Shown here piece after piece: positions 43,098 through 52,614 of a DNA stretch of 64,000 nt; within the stretch, counting starts at the first letter, position 1, and each line of letters begins with the position of its first letter. The position numbers were made by a program, and so were the translations under genes. Under the pieces are notes generated by a model that made no database searches, was not told where the DNA came from, and was given only the letters and a program-made list of their open reading frames with translations. The stretch covers positions 62,001-126,000 of IMG/VR virus record IMGVR_UViG_3300032268_000986. One strand, 5' to 3'.

Positions 43098-43500
43098 GGT
43101 GGTTTCTGTTACGAGGTATTTCCTACCCTAAGCAGTGTTTAGGCTGCTAATGCGAACTGTGAGTCGTTTGCGTTTACTTTTTTGCTTGATTAACGGTCAT
43201 CGCCTACCGTGCTGTCCACTCTGTTACTTGTTGCCCTGTCGAAACTATGCAGGCCCATCATAAAGAAACTTCTTCAAATCTAGATGCCAAAAGCACAATA
43301 CGCAAACCGGCATCTGTTTGAATTACTACTCCATTACCCATGGTATAGACAATATCATAGTCTTTGCCAATTGTTAGTTCCTTATGCACAGCTTTAACAT
43401 CAGGTAATGATTTAAGTATCATAAACTTCCTTATGGTGGACCTGGGGGGATTCGCACCCCCGTCCAGAACACTGTTCTCATCACTTCATACAGCAATAAC
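43098..43500 (-). ncRNA. ssrA: Circularly permuted (two-piece) tmRNA, tag ANDSQFALAA
   Basis: Acceptor piece ending CAGGTCCACCA (43434) precedes 5' piece GGGCCTG...TTTCGAC (starts 43256); G3:U70; tag frame 43139-43171; outer ends approximate. Confidence 0.92.
43258..43422 (-). CDS. 54-aa ORF inside the tmRNA intervening segment
   Basis: SD AAGGA; MILKSLPDVKAVHKELTIGKDYDIVYTMGNGVVIQTDAGLRIVLLASRFEEVSL. Confidence 0.6.
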   Translation of the reverse strand: MILKSLPDVKAVHKELTIGKDYDIVYTMGNGVVIQTDAGLRIVLLASRFEEVSL

Positions 43501-43502
43501 TT

Positions 43503-43661
43503 TTAGATCTGCACCACGGTCCATTTGGTTGTAAATGGTTTGCCTTCGGCCTTGTGTTTCAGTATCTTCGCAAACTCTTTTTCACGGAGTTTGGCAATGG
43601 TTTCTGTATCGTGGTCGAAGCAAGCCTTGTACAAACGAGAAACCAATTTCTTTTGTTTCAT
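43503..43661 (-). CDS. 52-aa basic hypothetical protein
   Basis: SD aaggagg; [14 protein letters not shown]... Confidence 0.6.
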   Translation of the reverse strand: MKQKKLVSRLYKACFDHDTETIAKLREKEFAKILKHKAEGKPFTTKWTVVQI

Positions 43662-43895
43662 AGCTTACCCCTCCTTGACAATTATTTATGCAAATTATAC
43701 AGCATTGTCTGTTGGTTTGTCAACCGCCAATTTGGTCACAATGTCATACACTTGAGAGTACACGTTGGTGATTTTGTCCAGTTGTTCGTCACTGACTTGT
43801 GTTTCAAAATACACTAGATCTCGTGCTAGATTTTCTTGTAGCTGTTTGAGTTGATTTTGGTCATGCATGGCAGTATCCTGTTGGGATACTGTTAT

Positions 43896-44486
43896 TTAGT
43901 AACTGACCGATTGCCGGTCTGCCAGAGAAAATTCACCGTTTCTCACAAACGCAGTCAAGATCTGTTTGGTGCCAGCAGTGACCACTTCGCCTTGATGCAC
44001 CAAGGGATTGGCAACGTCATAATAATACACCAGAGCACTGCCACGCTTGGGCTGAATTCTTAAATTCAGCTTGGGAAAATAAGTGCAACCACCCTCAAAA
44101 TCATCATTGAGGTACATGATCATGCTGGCAATTCTTTGAGTCTGGAACCCACCAGTCAAGTCACTGTGGCAATTGAAGTAGTCGCCACTGCTGTACTTTA
44201 TCATGGGCAGTGGTTCAACATGACTCAGGGGCACCTTGAAAAAATTGGCCACTCGTTGAGCAACGGAATCAAAGTATTCATCACGGCCATATTCAATCCG
44301 GTGAGTCATGCACTGCCTGACAGGTCTAAGTTCCAACTCACCTGACCCAAGGCGAACCCGCCCGGGTACCAGGTCAAGCTCTTTGCTCAGGATCAGTTCA
44401 AGCTCGGTTGGACTCAACCAGTTATCATACTGTGCAATCCATGGCTGCTGACTGTACACCTTGGACGCCAACACATCAGGTGTCAT
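43896..44486 (-). CDS. Prolyl 4-hydroxylase-like 2OG-Fe(II) oxygenase
   Basis: HSD, MYLNDDFEGGCTYF, HQGEVV..G.K. Confidence 0.88.
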   Translation of the reverse strand: MTPDVLASKVYSQQPWIAQYDNWLSPTELELILSKELDLVPGRVRLGSGELELRPVRQCMTHRIEYGRDEYFDSVAQRVANFFKVPLSHVEPLPMIKYSSGDYFNCHSDLTGGFQTQRIASMIMYLNDDFEGGCTYFPKLNLRIQPKRGSALVYYYDVANPLVHQGEVVTAGTKQILTAFVRNGEFSLADRQSVSY

Positions 44487-45039
44487 CACTGTCAACCACC
44501 AACCAACCCAGCTGAAACAGATCCTGACGTACCTCGTCAGTGACCAGGCCCTCGCCCACATAGGCCTGGCATTCAAGATAATATTCTTTTTGGTCTTCGG
44601 TCAACTCAGCAAATTCTTGATCACTCAGCGGGCCTCCGCGTATGCCCGAACAGTACCATTCAATGTAGTCGCCCTTTTCCAGCATGTCAGCAACAATGCC
44701 TCCGGCATAGCGCCAGCTGCAACTCCAGGTCTGACTCTTTAACAGGGGCATGACCTCGTTGCGTTGAAAATCATTGTTGCACATGGCAGCATAGAGATTT
44801 TGAGCATACACATGACTGCTACGTGTCTTGGCCAAGATCCAGTCAGTGGTTCTCAAGTCCCACTCAAGGTTGTTTTTCTGCCACTCGGGATCTTGTTCCT
44901 GGGCCAGTCGGTCAAAGTCCATATCTTCAATCATTTTGATATAGTCCTGGTTGAGTTCTTGGTTGGTTTCGTCGCACCTTTCAACATACTTATCTCGTTG
45001 AAAGGTGTTACGCTCGGGGCTTCTTGAAAGTTTCAACAT
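44476..45039 (-). CDS. Hypothetical phage protein
   Basis: YAQNLYAAMCNN, WSCSWR motifs. Confidence 0.7.
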   Translation of the reverse strand: MLKLSRSPERNTFQRDKYVERCDETNQELNQDYIKMIEDMDFDRLAQEQDPEWQKNNLEWDLRTTDWILAKTRSSHVYAQNLYAAMCNNDFQRNEVMPLLKSQTWSCSWRYAGGIVADMLEKGDYIEWYCSGIRGGPLSDQEFAELTEDQKEYYLECQAYVGEGLVTDEVRQDLFQLGWLVVDSDDT

Positions 45040-45343
45040 CTTCCACAGCTTTCTTTAGAGTTTCTGCATAGTTGATGGCCTGTTGCTGAGTCATGATCAT
45101 GCTGGCTTCGTATTCAACATAGCCACGAGTCAGCAAGATCCACATGGTCTGCCAGCGATTCATACTCCACCATTTGCTTTTTTGTTGGGTGTATGTGGTC
45201 ACAGTGATGTTGTGATCCTCGGCTTCGATCCAGACATTATGATCGTGATTGCTATCCCCACACTCGCATACCACTTGATAGGCCATGGCGTCGCCCCAGT
45301 CGTTGCGTTTTAGTATGCCCTGTGCTGGCAGTTCCGGAGTCAT
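45008..45343 (-). CDS. Hypothetical protein
   Basis: Coupled ORF. Confidence 0.65.
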   Translation of the reverse strand: MTPELPAQGILKRNDWGDAMAYQVVCECGDSNHDHNVWIEAEDHNITVTTYTQQKSKWWSMNRWQTMWILLTRGYVEYEASMIMTQQQAINYAETLKKAVEDVETFKKPRA

Positions 45344-45576
45344 TGCAGTCGATCCCCACGGCCTGCACTGCGCATCAAGGCCTCTACCACAGCTTCGTCA
45401 CCACGAGCAATCAGCTGGTCGATGTCCACAGGACTACTCTGAGCCTCAAGTTCTTCAGGAGTCAGGTTGGCAAACATGTCAGTGATCTCTTTCATGAGAT
45501 CATCAAGCTCTTGTTGTGTGCCTTCAAAGTCGTCAAATGCCCCCGGGGCAAATTCAATGCGCAGTGGCTTGGTCAT
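45340..45576 (-). CDS. Hypothetical acidic protein
   Basis: SD aagga, coupled ORF. Confidence 0.65.
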   Translation of the reverse strand: MTKPLRIEFAPGAFDDFEGTQQELDDLMKEITDMFANLTPEELEAQSSPVDIDQLIARGDEAVVEALMRSAGRGDRLQ

Positions 45577-46478
45577 TGTGATTCCTTGGTTGATACGAGT
45601 GGAGAAATGTGAGACATAATTCTATTGAAAATTGGATCCAGATTTTCTTGTTCAACGACTGTACTTGATTTTATACAAACACAATTAAACTTGTCAATGT
45701 TATCTAGTTTTAGAAATTCTTCAATGGTGTAGTAGTCAGGATGCCCTTGCCACCAGCAGCTGGTGGTGTCATCATAAAGGCTTAACCGATGTTGAAATTG
45801 AAATCCAGCGTTGGGATTTTTTTGTAAACCTAGGTTGCCCAGCAGTTCATATTCGCTGAACCAAAATGGGGGAGAATTGTCGGGATTGACATCAGCAGAA
45901 AACACCTGTTCCATGGCCAGTAACCAGTTACATCCGTATGTTTGTTCCATGTGGGTTTTCAGCGCCACCCAGTCTTTCTTTAGCACAGGCATAAACTCTG
46001 TGACAAAACAATGACTGGTTTGCCGTTCCTGGCCTGTGAACTTTTTTACGTATTGATAATACCCTTGACTCTGAGTGGTGTTTTCTATCACGTAATATCT
46101 TGGGGTTGACCCATCAAAATACTGATAAGGTATTAACGAAAATGTATCGCAATCTTGAATCAACACACGATCGCTGTTGACTTGATCCAGTGCTAGTAAT
46201 TTAAAAAATTGCTGAGCTATCCATCCTGAGAATTGATAATAGTCAAACTCTGGAAGCAACTGTTGTCTCATCAGCTGCTGGTCAAAAATAACAGTCATGT
46301 TTGAAGTATCAATGCCATGATCTCGATAAATCTGTAATACATCAACGGGTTCGCGATCATGGCCCAGGCCAAAACAAACGTATGTGTGATCAGGTTGAGG
46401 GTCAAGAAAGTGATCAAACTTCAGGGTAAGTATTGAATCTGCAATTCTTGAACTTGCAACAAAAAATAATCTTATCAT
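45573..46478 (-). CDS. Putative GT-A-fold glycosyltransferase-like protein
   Basis: GWIAQQFFKL, DCD (DxD), FSEYELLGN. Confidence 0.6.
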   Translation of the reverse strand: MIRLFFVASSRIADSILTLKFDHFLDPQPDHTYVCFGLGHDREPVDVLQIYRDHGIDTSNMTVIFDQQLMRQQLLPEFDYYQFSGWIAQQFFKLLALDQVNSDRVLIQDCDTFSLIPYQYFDGSTPRYYVIENTTQSQGYYQYVKKFTGQERQTSHCFVTEFMPVLKKDWVALKTHMEQTYGCNWLLAMEQVFSADVNPDNSPPFWFSEYELLGNLGLQKNPNAGFQFQHRLSLYDDTTSCWWQGHPDYYTIEEFLKLDNIDKFNCVCIKSSTVVEQENLDPIFNRIMSHISPLVSTKESQ

Positions 46479-46500
46479 TTTGTATTTTTATGACATTGTG

Positions 46501-47076
46501 TCATGATCCTTGTGCGTCTGATCCATTATACAATGAAAAGGGATTTGTTGTCAACAGTTCTTGATTGATTTTGATGTTGTGCTGTATTCTTTCCAGCTGT
46601 TGAGTATTTAATTTTTTGTTGTGTATTTCTTGATACAGCTGATGTACAAATTCCACAGACCATAAATCACTGTAGTTTATGGTGCGATCAAATCTGCAAC
46701 GCTGATATTCAGTTTGTAAATTTTTTGTCAGCCAGTATCTACCGTAAATGGTTCGCCAAGTCAGCTCGTCATGGTCCGGACGTTTGTTGAAATTGAGCCA
46801 GGCCACGTCCCAAGATTCTTGATCAGTATTGACCCATATGCACCAGGAATACCACTGGCGCAGGCTGGCCGGGGAAACAGGTATTTTTTTATACTGAGAT
46901 GGGCCAAAACCATGAATTTTGTCACAGTGGCGGTGATGCGCCGACGGGTTAAATTCGTCATCAATTGAGTGTAGATGCCAGGTGGTTTCGAGTACATCGC
47001 CATAGAGTACGCTGCTTAGAAAATCGCCTCGAGCACCGGGCGCAAACACAAACAAGGGCACACGATTATTTTTCAT
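46501..47076 (-). CDS. Hypothetical protein
   Basis: PGARGDFL N-terminal loop. Confidence 0.6.
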   Translation of the reverse strand: MKNNRVPLFVFAPGARGDFLSSVLYGDVLETTWHLHSIDDEFNPSAHHRHCDKIHGFGPSQYKKIPVSPASLRQWYSWCIWVNTDQESWDVAWLNFNKRPDHDELTWRTIYGRYWLTKNLQTEYQRCRFDRTINYSDLWSVEFVHQLYQEIHNKKLNTQQLERIQHNIKINQELLTTNPFSLYNGSDAQGS

Positions 47077-47084
47077 GACATAAC

Positions 47085-47159
47085 TGGCCCGGCGTGAGGG
47101 AATCGAACCCCCATAATGACTTTAGAAGAATCATGTCCTATCCATTGAACGAACGCCAG
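47085..47159 (-). tRNA. tRNA-Arg(TCT)
   Basis: TGATT-CTTCTAA-AGTCA. Confidence 0.9.
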
Positions 47160-47163
47160 ATTC

Positions 47164-47238
47164 TGGTGGGCCCACTAGGAATTGAACCTAGACTCAATCG
47201 ATTATGAGTCGACTGCTTTACCATTAAGCTATAAGCCC
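47164..47238 (-). tRNA. tRNA-Ile2(CAT)
   Basis: GGGCTTA acceptor, TCGA-CTCATAA-TCGA, Ile2-like body. Confidence 0.8.
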
Positions 47239-47261
47239 AAGTGTGTATTATACTGGAAAAA

Positions 47262-47642
47262 TTATTTAGTGTCAACAGTGCCGTCGGCCAAGTGGTCCTG
47301 CTTGATTTCTCGCACGGGATGGCCCAGGATAGTGGCAATGGAGTTCTTGTAGGCTATACGCCGATTGTTGAAATCTCTAATGGCAATGGCTCTGCGGCCA
47401 ATTTCTTGCAGGCTCAGCATTTGCTCAACGCCAGATTTCAGTTGCCATTCTAGATCCCAGATGGCATGGTGGATATCGGTCATGGCCTGGATGTCGGCAT
47501 CCAGCTCGGGACTGTGTGGTAATTGTTGATATTTGTCCTCGTACCAGTCCAATTCAATTTGATTGGCTCCATTGGTACGGGCATGTTTGACTCGTGCAAT
47601 GCACAAGCGATCGATCAATTCAAGTACAGGTAAAAATTCCAT
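47262..47642 (-). CDS. Hypothetical protein
   Basis: ELIDRL...IWDLE...N.RR..K..I pattern. Confidence 0.7.
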   Translation of the reverse strand: MEFLPVLELIDRLCIARVKHARTNGANQIELDWYEDKYQQLPHSPELDADIQAMTDIHHAIWDLEWQLKSGVEQMLSLQEIGRRAIAIRDFNNRRIAYKNSIATILGHPVREIKQDHLADGTVDTK

Positions 47643-47684
47643 TGGTAACTCTTTCTTTTGTGAACTGGGTACTTATTGCCCAGA

Positions 47685-47948
47685 TCATTCCCACTGATTT
47701 TTTTCATAATCCCAGTGTCGAGTATCGTAGATCATAAAGGACAAACTATACCCCAACACGGCCAGTGCCACTGTGAGTCCGGCGTGACTTTGTTGCCGAG
47801 TAAGACTGAATTCAAATCCAATCAGTTGGTTGGTTTGCAGTAGTTCTGCTTCCCAGGCCTTGTGGCGGGCAATTGGTCCTGAACGATTCCACAAGTTCTC
47901 AAAGGGCCTACCCCAAGGATTGCTCAATCCAAAACTAATATGAATCAT
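47685..47948 (-). CDS. Hypothetical protein
   Basis: ORF ending YDTRHWDY. Confidence 0.6.
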   Translation of the reverse strand: MIHISFGLSNPWGRPFENLWNRSGPIARHKAWEAELLQTNQLIGFEFSLTRQQSHAGLTVALAVLGYSLSFMIYDTRHWDYEKNQWE

Positions 47949-47959
47949 GCCAGTTCTGG

Positions 47960-48133
47960 TCAATAGACTTCTTTTATGATGTCAAATTGATCAGCGGGCC
48001 ACTGGGCCTTGAATTCGTCAGACTTGACATATTCATTGTAGGCCTTGGCATCAAAAAACATCTTGTGGAACACAGTTTTAAACTGTCCCTTGGGGTTGAT
48101 TGTCAGGTAAATTGATTTTGCTTTTCCGGCCAT
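47960..48133 (-). CDS. 57-aa hypothetical protein (not in ORF track)
   Basis: SD aagga; MAGKAKSIYLTINPKG... Confidence 0.65.
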   Translation of the reverse strand: MAGKAKSIYLTINPKGQFKTVFHKMFFDAKAYNEYVKSDEFKAQWPADQFDIIKEVY

Positions 48134-48148
48134 GATGGTTCCTTTGTG

Positions 48149-48349
48149 TTAATCTTTGATTTCAAAATTGTCTAGCAGTTGAGCACCAATTCCCGTGCGG
48201 CCTTGATGTTCCATCAAGCCAGCGGTAAGGGCACAGTGCCGAACAATCAACTCGGCGAACTTTTTAGGATCAAAGATATCGTAAACAACACCATCACCAC
48301 CAAAATGAGCACCAGCCTCAACCAGCAGTTTATCAATTTGTTTATTCAT
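48149..48349 (-). CDS. Hypothetical phage protein (paralogue of 16748..16969)
   Basis: KKFAELIVRHC. Confidence 0.65.
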   Translation of the reverse strand: MNKQIDKLLVEAGAHFGGDGVVYDIFDPKKFAELIVRHCALTAGLMEHQGRTGIGAQLLDNFEIKD

Positions 48350-48533
48350 ACAATTCCAATTCTTCAATGCAGTATTCAAGCCTGTCACCGTATTCCTGCA
48401 AGCACCATTCTATGTGCTTTTCAGCCGCAAGCCGTGTCGTATAGGCTCGTTTCGCTTCCCAAAAATCTGGCGCCCATGATAAGGTCGTTATTTCTGGTCC
48501 CATATTAATTTCAATTACGTAGATGGTTTTCAT
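48342..48533 (-). CDS. Hypothetical protein
   Basis: Coupled ORF. Confidence 0.5.
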   Translation of the reverse strand: MKTIYVIEINMGPEITTLSWAPDFWEAKRAYTTRLAAEKHIEWCLQEYGDRLEYCIEELELYE

Positions 48534-48536
48534 TCT

Positions 48537-48767
48537 TCAATCCCAGTCTTTTTTGTTACCACTGGCTTCGTTGTCACGATAGCCGGCCATGTATTCTGCA
48601 ATTTCCTCATCACTGTGTGCAGCCATGCGATCACCATGATAACTGCCCTGGGGGTACCAGTGCGGACTGGGATCACGATGATAATAGGAATCTGCTGAGC
48701 CACGGTCATACAGTGAGCCATGGCGGTTGCGATCAAACTGTGGAAGGTGTTCAAGAGTAACAGTCAT
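48537..48767 (-). CDS. Hypothetical protein
   Basis: SD gaggag; DRGSADSYY motif. Confidence 0.65.
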   Translation of the reverse strand: MTVTLEHLPQFDRNRHGSLYDRGSADSYYHRDPSPHWYPQGSYHGDRMAAHSDEEIAEYMAGYRDNEASGNKKDWD

Positions 48768-48777
48768 TGTCGTCTCC

Positions 48778-49152
48778 TCAAGCCGCTTTGCGGAAGTAAC
48801 CATAGGGCAAGCCCTGGGTAAAACAAAAATATTCAAAGTCGCCATGGGCGCCTTCGGCGTCCATGAGCCATGCAATCACACGCTCACGATTGGTACCGGT
48901 GTGCATGAGATTCAGCACACGATCTTCGAATTCAACAACAGCACGAGCTTCGGCGGCCTTGCGAGCAACATCTTCACGCTGGATAATTTCTTCCAACTGC
49001 TTGAACTCAGCAACATAGTCAGCTTCGGTCCAAGACGAAGTGTCAATGCCACGTGGACGGATACCAAACGCATCCTTGTACATATCCCAATGGATGCAGG
49101 CATACTGCTCAAGAGTTGTCATCTGTTCCCAAGATTTAAATTCTGTAGTCAT
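48778..49152 (-). CDS. Hypothetical protein
   Basis: SD aaggag, own promoter; DMYKDAFGIRPR. Confidence 0.7.
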   Translation of the reverse strand: MTTEFKSWEQMTTLEQYACIHWDMYKDAFGIRPRGIDTSSWTEADYVAEFKQLEEIIQREDVARKAAEARAVVEFEDRVLNLMHTGTNRERVIAWLMDAEGAHGDFEYFCFTQGLPYGYFRKAA

Positions 49153-49231
49153 TTGTGGCTCCTTGTTGCTTACTATACTCATATTATAACAAATTGGCCT
49201 TTATTGGTCAACCAAGAACGCAGTGTTGCAT

Positions 49232-49570
49232 TCAAGCAACACCACGCACATCGGTGTTCAAGTTGGGCTTCATTGCACGGATCATGTCACGTTCCAAGGT
49301 GTGTGCTTGAGTCTTGCCACGCACCACAGCCAGAACACGAACTGTAAATGACTCAGTACCGCGCTCGCGCATGCACTCATACAGTGCCCAAGACTTGTCT
49401 TCGCTACGTGAGCGATACAGGTGCTTCATGCAACGAGTCATAACACTCAGCTTCACAGTCGAAGCAGTCTTGGCAGTGACTCCAATGTAGAAGTCTGCAC
49501 CCGACTCAATCTGGTAAATGATGTGAGTGCGATCTGAGCGTTTTTTGCGGGTCAGTGTTTTTGTGTTCAT
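49232..49570 (-). CDS. Stand-alone GIY-YIG-like nuclease domain protein
   Basis: IIYQI...FYIG, R..H, E..I...PNLN. Confidence 0.7.
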   Translation of the reverse strand: MNTKTLTRKKRSDRTHIIYQIESGADFYIGVTAKTASTVKLSVMTRCMKHLYRSRSEDKSWALYECMRERGTESFTVRVLAVVRGKTQAHTLERDMIRAMKPNLNTDVRGVA

Positions 49571-49685
49571 GTGTATATTATAACCGATTTCGCCATTTTG
49601 GTCAACCAAGATCAACAGAAAACCCCAGAATTTCTGGGGTTTTTGGTGTTGTATTTTTACAACACCTGGGCATTATCGGATAATA

Positions 49686-49952
49686 TTAAACAAACTCAAT
49701 ATTATCAGTGCGTAGTTGTTGTTTTGCATGTTCAATAATACGAATTTTATCATTTTCGATTGTTTCGTAAGCAATATCCCCTGAAACAAAATCGCATTTT
49801 ACTTGAGTGGGAAATGGATATACAATATCTCCTTGATCATTTTCCCGAGGAAATACATTAAACGCAATAATGATTTTGTAAGTTTCTTTATTTTTATTAT
49901 AGATAATCTTTGCTCGTGCAATGTTTGCAACACGAATATTTGATGTAGACAT
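49686..49952 (-). CDS. Hypothetical protein (AT-rich)
   Basis: SD aaggag, own promoter. Confidence 0.6.
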   Translation of the reverse strand: MSTSNIRVANIARAKIIYNKNKETYKIIIAFNVFPRENDQGDIVYPFPTQVKCDFVSGDIAYETIENDKIRIIEHAKQQLRTDNIEFV

Positions 49953-50035
49953 AGCAGGCTCCTTTGTGACTGGACTGTAATTATAACGCATCAGGGTTTT
50001 TTGGTCAACCGGATTCCCGGGCTATAAGTAACAGC

Positions 50036-51109
50036 ATGACACAAGACCTTTACCACGATATCTACACTTCCGAAGTGTTTGAAGCCAGTCAATGCATCTG
50101 GCACGAAAACAATCTCATGAATTTCTTGCACAGCATGTTGATCAAGCTGGGCTATGAACCTGTGAAAGATGGTCACAAGACCTGGCGCCGGGGCGACAAA
50201 ACAGTGGTGGTGTGCCTGGTGGACGACTATATCTCCACCACAGAAAATTATGATGTGCCAGTGGCCTATCGCTTTGATCGCAACACCACAGTGATCACTG
50301 ACAACTTTGTCACCAGTCCCACCTTGTACCGAGTATTTCAATTGCCCTCGTCATGGTTTGGTATCTACAACTATGAGCCCAAGCAAACAGACTACAATCC
50401 CACACGCAGATTCAACTTTTCAGTGAATCGCATTGACAGCAAACGACTTTTGTTGTTGCTGGAAATTGCTCTGCGCAGTGAAAAATACCCAGACCGAGAC
50501 ACCCTGGATTTCGTCAACTTCAACTGCTGGTCTTGGGAAGGTGACAATGCCACACCCGAGGGCTTGCGTGACAGCTTTGTTCGAGTGTACGAGGCCCTGG
50601 AACCGCAGTACCGAGAAGTATATCAAGAAACATTCCAGCGTCTGTTGGAAAACATGCCATTTCGCAATCATGACATGACCATGGAACAAGCACACTTGTC
50701 GGCCTATGTGAACATGGTGGCCGAAACCTACAGCTCGGACACATCCATTGCACTAAGTGAAAAAACATTTCGTGCCTTGGTGACCGCGGCACCCTGGCAA
50801 TTGTACGCCGGCAAACATGCCGTGGCATACCTGGAAAGTCTGGGGTTTGATACCTTACGTGATGTTGTGAATCACAATTATGACACCATCATTGAAAACA
50901 AGACCGCAGCCTATGGTGACAAACTGGTGGAGTGGATCTTTTCTGGTGCCGACACATTCACACGCTTGAGCAGCATGGATCGCACTGAACTGCGCCATCG
51001 TTGTTTGACCGCAGCCAGAACCAATCAAGCAGTGCTGGAAAGCATGAGTCGTCGTTGGCCCACTGAGTTTGCGGCCTGGCTGCCCGCAGTGATTGATCAC
51101 ATCCGGTAA
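50036..51109 (+). CDS. Putative glycosyltransferase (GT10-like family)
   Basis: AET...LSEKTFRAL...LGFD...NYD. Confidence 0.55.
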   Translation: MTQDLYHDIYTSEVFEASQCIWHENNLMNFLHSMLIKLGYEPVKDGHKTWRRGDKTVVVCLVDDYISTTENYDVPVAYRFDRNTTVITDNFVTSPTLYRVFQLPSSWFGIYNYEPKQTDYNPTRRFNFSVNRIDSKRLLLLLEIALRSEKYPDRDTLDFVNFNCWSWEGDNATPEGLRDSFVRVYEALEPQYREVYQETFQRLLENMPFRNHDMTMEQAHLSAYVNMVAETYSSDTSIALSEKTFRALVTAAPWQLYAGKHAVAYLESLGFDTLRDVVNHNYDTIIENKTAAYGDKLVEWIFSGADTFTRLSSMDRTELRHRCLTAARTNQAVLESMSRRWPTEFAAWLPAVIDHIR

Positions 51110-52614
51110 TGTGCGGCGTCCTGTTGATTCAAGGCGCAGTATCGCCTGAACGCCAGCAGGCTGCACTGTCTAGATTGCGCCAACGTGGTCCTGATTTTGA
51201 AGTAGTGCATCAAACAGGATCATGTTTGCTGGCGCAGTCGGTGTTGCACATCACCGGCACTAGAGATTTTTATCACCAACCTCGAGACGACGCCTTTGTG
51301 TACAACGGCGAAATTTACAACTGGCGTGATTTTGGTGACACAGCCAACGACACTGAAACTGCATGGATGGCAGCCCGGCAGGATCCGGGCATGTTTGCCA
51401 AGTTTCACGGTCCCTGGGCCTGGGCCAGAGCCACTCAAGATCATGTTTGGTATGCCACAGATCCACAGGGAGAACGCTATCTTTATCGATATCACACCCG
51501 AGACCTCACAGTGGTGGCCAGTGAAGCCGCAGTGGTGCAGGACATAGTGGCAAGTCTGCATCAGGACTGTGAGTACAACAACAAGTGCTGGACCCTGCAA
51601 GATCAAACTCCCTGGCAAGATATTCATCGCTTAGAGCCCGGCAGACTCTACTGTGATCATGAGCCACAGCAGAGCCTGGACACAGTATGGAATTGGATCA
51701 GCCCAGTTGACTGCACTGCTCAGGAAGCACAACAAGAGTTTCAGCGACTGTGGCATCAGGTCATCAGCGACATGACGCCCACGTGTGACTTTGCCATCAG
51801 TTATTCCGGCGGTGTTGACAGCAGTCTGATCTTGAGTCAGTTGCCCAATGCTGAATTGGTCACGGTCAACATGCTGGGCAAAGACCCCATTGTGGATCGA
51901 GTCACTGAATTCCTTGCCTCGGTACAACTGCAAAATCTCAATCAAATCGATGTAGACGTTGAACAATATGCAGGCGAATACCGGGCCCTGATTGAACGCA
52001 CACAGATGCCGGCACAGAGCTGGAGTTTTGTGGGCAAATGGTTGGTGGCCAAACACACACAATCTCGGGTGTTGTTCACTGGCCTGGCCGCAGACGAGTT
52101 GTTTGGCGGCTATGGCATCTATCAACAACTTGAGTATTCCACACAAGGCAGCACCAGTCCCTACAGCAGCGACGACCATGCAGGATTATGGGATCAGTGC
52201 TTGTCGGTGTACCAGGGCGATCCTAGACCGGCCACCTTGCTCATGGACTATTGGTATCAAGTAGTGGGGTGCGATGCCCCGGGTCAGGATAGAATTGCCG
52301 GTGCCTGGGGACGGGAAACACGCAACCCATTCATGCATCAATCAATCATGCGGTTTGCATTGAACCTGCCCTGGCATTTGAGAGTAAATACAACATGCAA
52401 GCCTGTGCTGATAAATGAGTTCTTGCAGCATTGGCCCAGAGAGTTGCTGTTGCCCAAACAGGGATTTGCAGGTCATGCAAATGACAGTCTGCCCTGGATG
52501 GCAGTAGATGTGGCAAACACTGGTGATCGCTATCGGGATTGGAAACAAATTGCTAAAACGACTTATTACAACTACACACAAACACCAACAGCCCTGGCGC
52601 CACTGGATAACTGA
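51109..52614 (+). CDS. Asparagine synthetase B-like glutamine amidotransferase
   Basis: N-terminal MCG, RGPD, YNGEIYN, SGGVDSS, ADELFGGY. Confidence 0.92.
   Translation: MCGVLLIQGAVSPERQQAALSRLRQRGPDFEVVHQTGSCLLAQSVLHITGTRDFYHQPRDDAFVYNGEIYNWRDFGDTANDTETAWMAARQDPGMFAKFHGPWAWARATQDHVWYATDPQGERYLYRYHTRDLTVVASEAAVVQDIVASLHQDCEYNNKCWTLQDQTPWQDIHRLEPGRLYCDHEPQQSLDTVWNWISPVDCTAQEAQQEFQRLWHQVISDMTPTCDFAISYSGGVDSSLILSQLPNAELVTVNMLGKDPIVDRVTEFLASVQLQNLNQIDVDVEQYAGEYRALIERTQMPAQSWSFVGKWLVAKHTQSRVLFTGLAADELFGGYGIYQQLEYSTQGSTSPYSSDDHAGLWDQCLSVYQGDPRPATLLMDYWYQVVGCDAPGQDRIAGAWGRETRNPFMHQSIMRFALNLPWHLRVNTTCKPVLINEFLQHWPRELLLPKQGFAGHANDSLPWMAVDVANTGDRYRDWKQIAKTTYYNYTQTPTALAPLDN

Noticed and set aside
49232-49570. 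GIY-YIG gene as a homing endonuclease or intron
   Set aside because: It is only a short catalytic-type domain with its own promoter; no interrupted host gene or intron structure is evident
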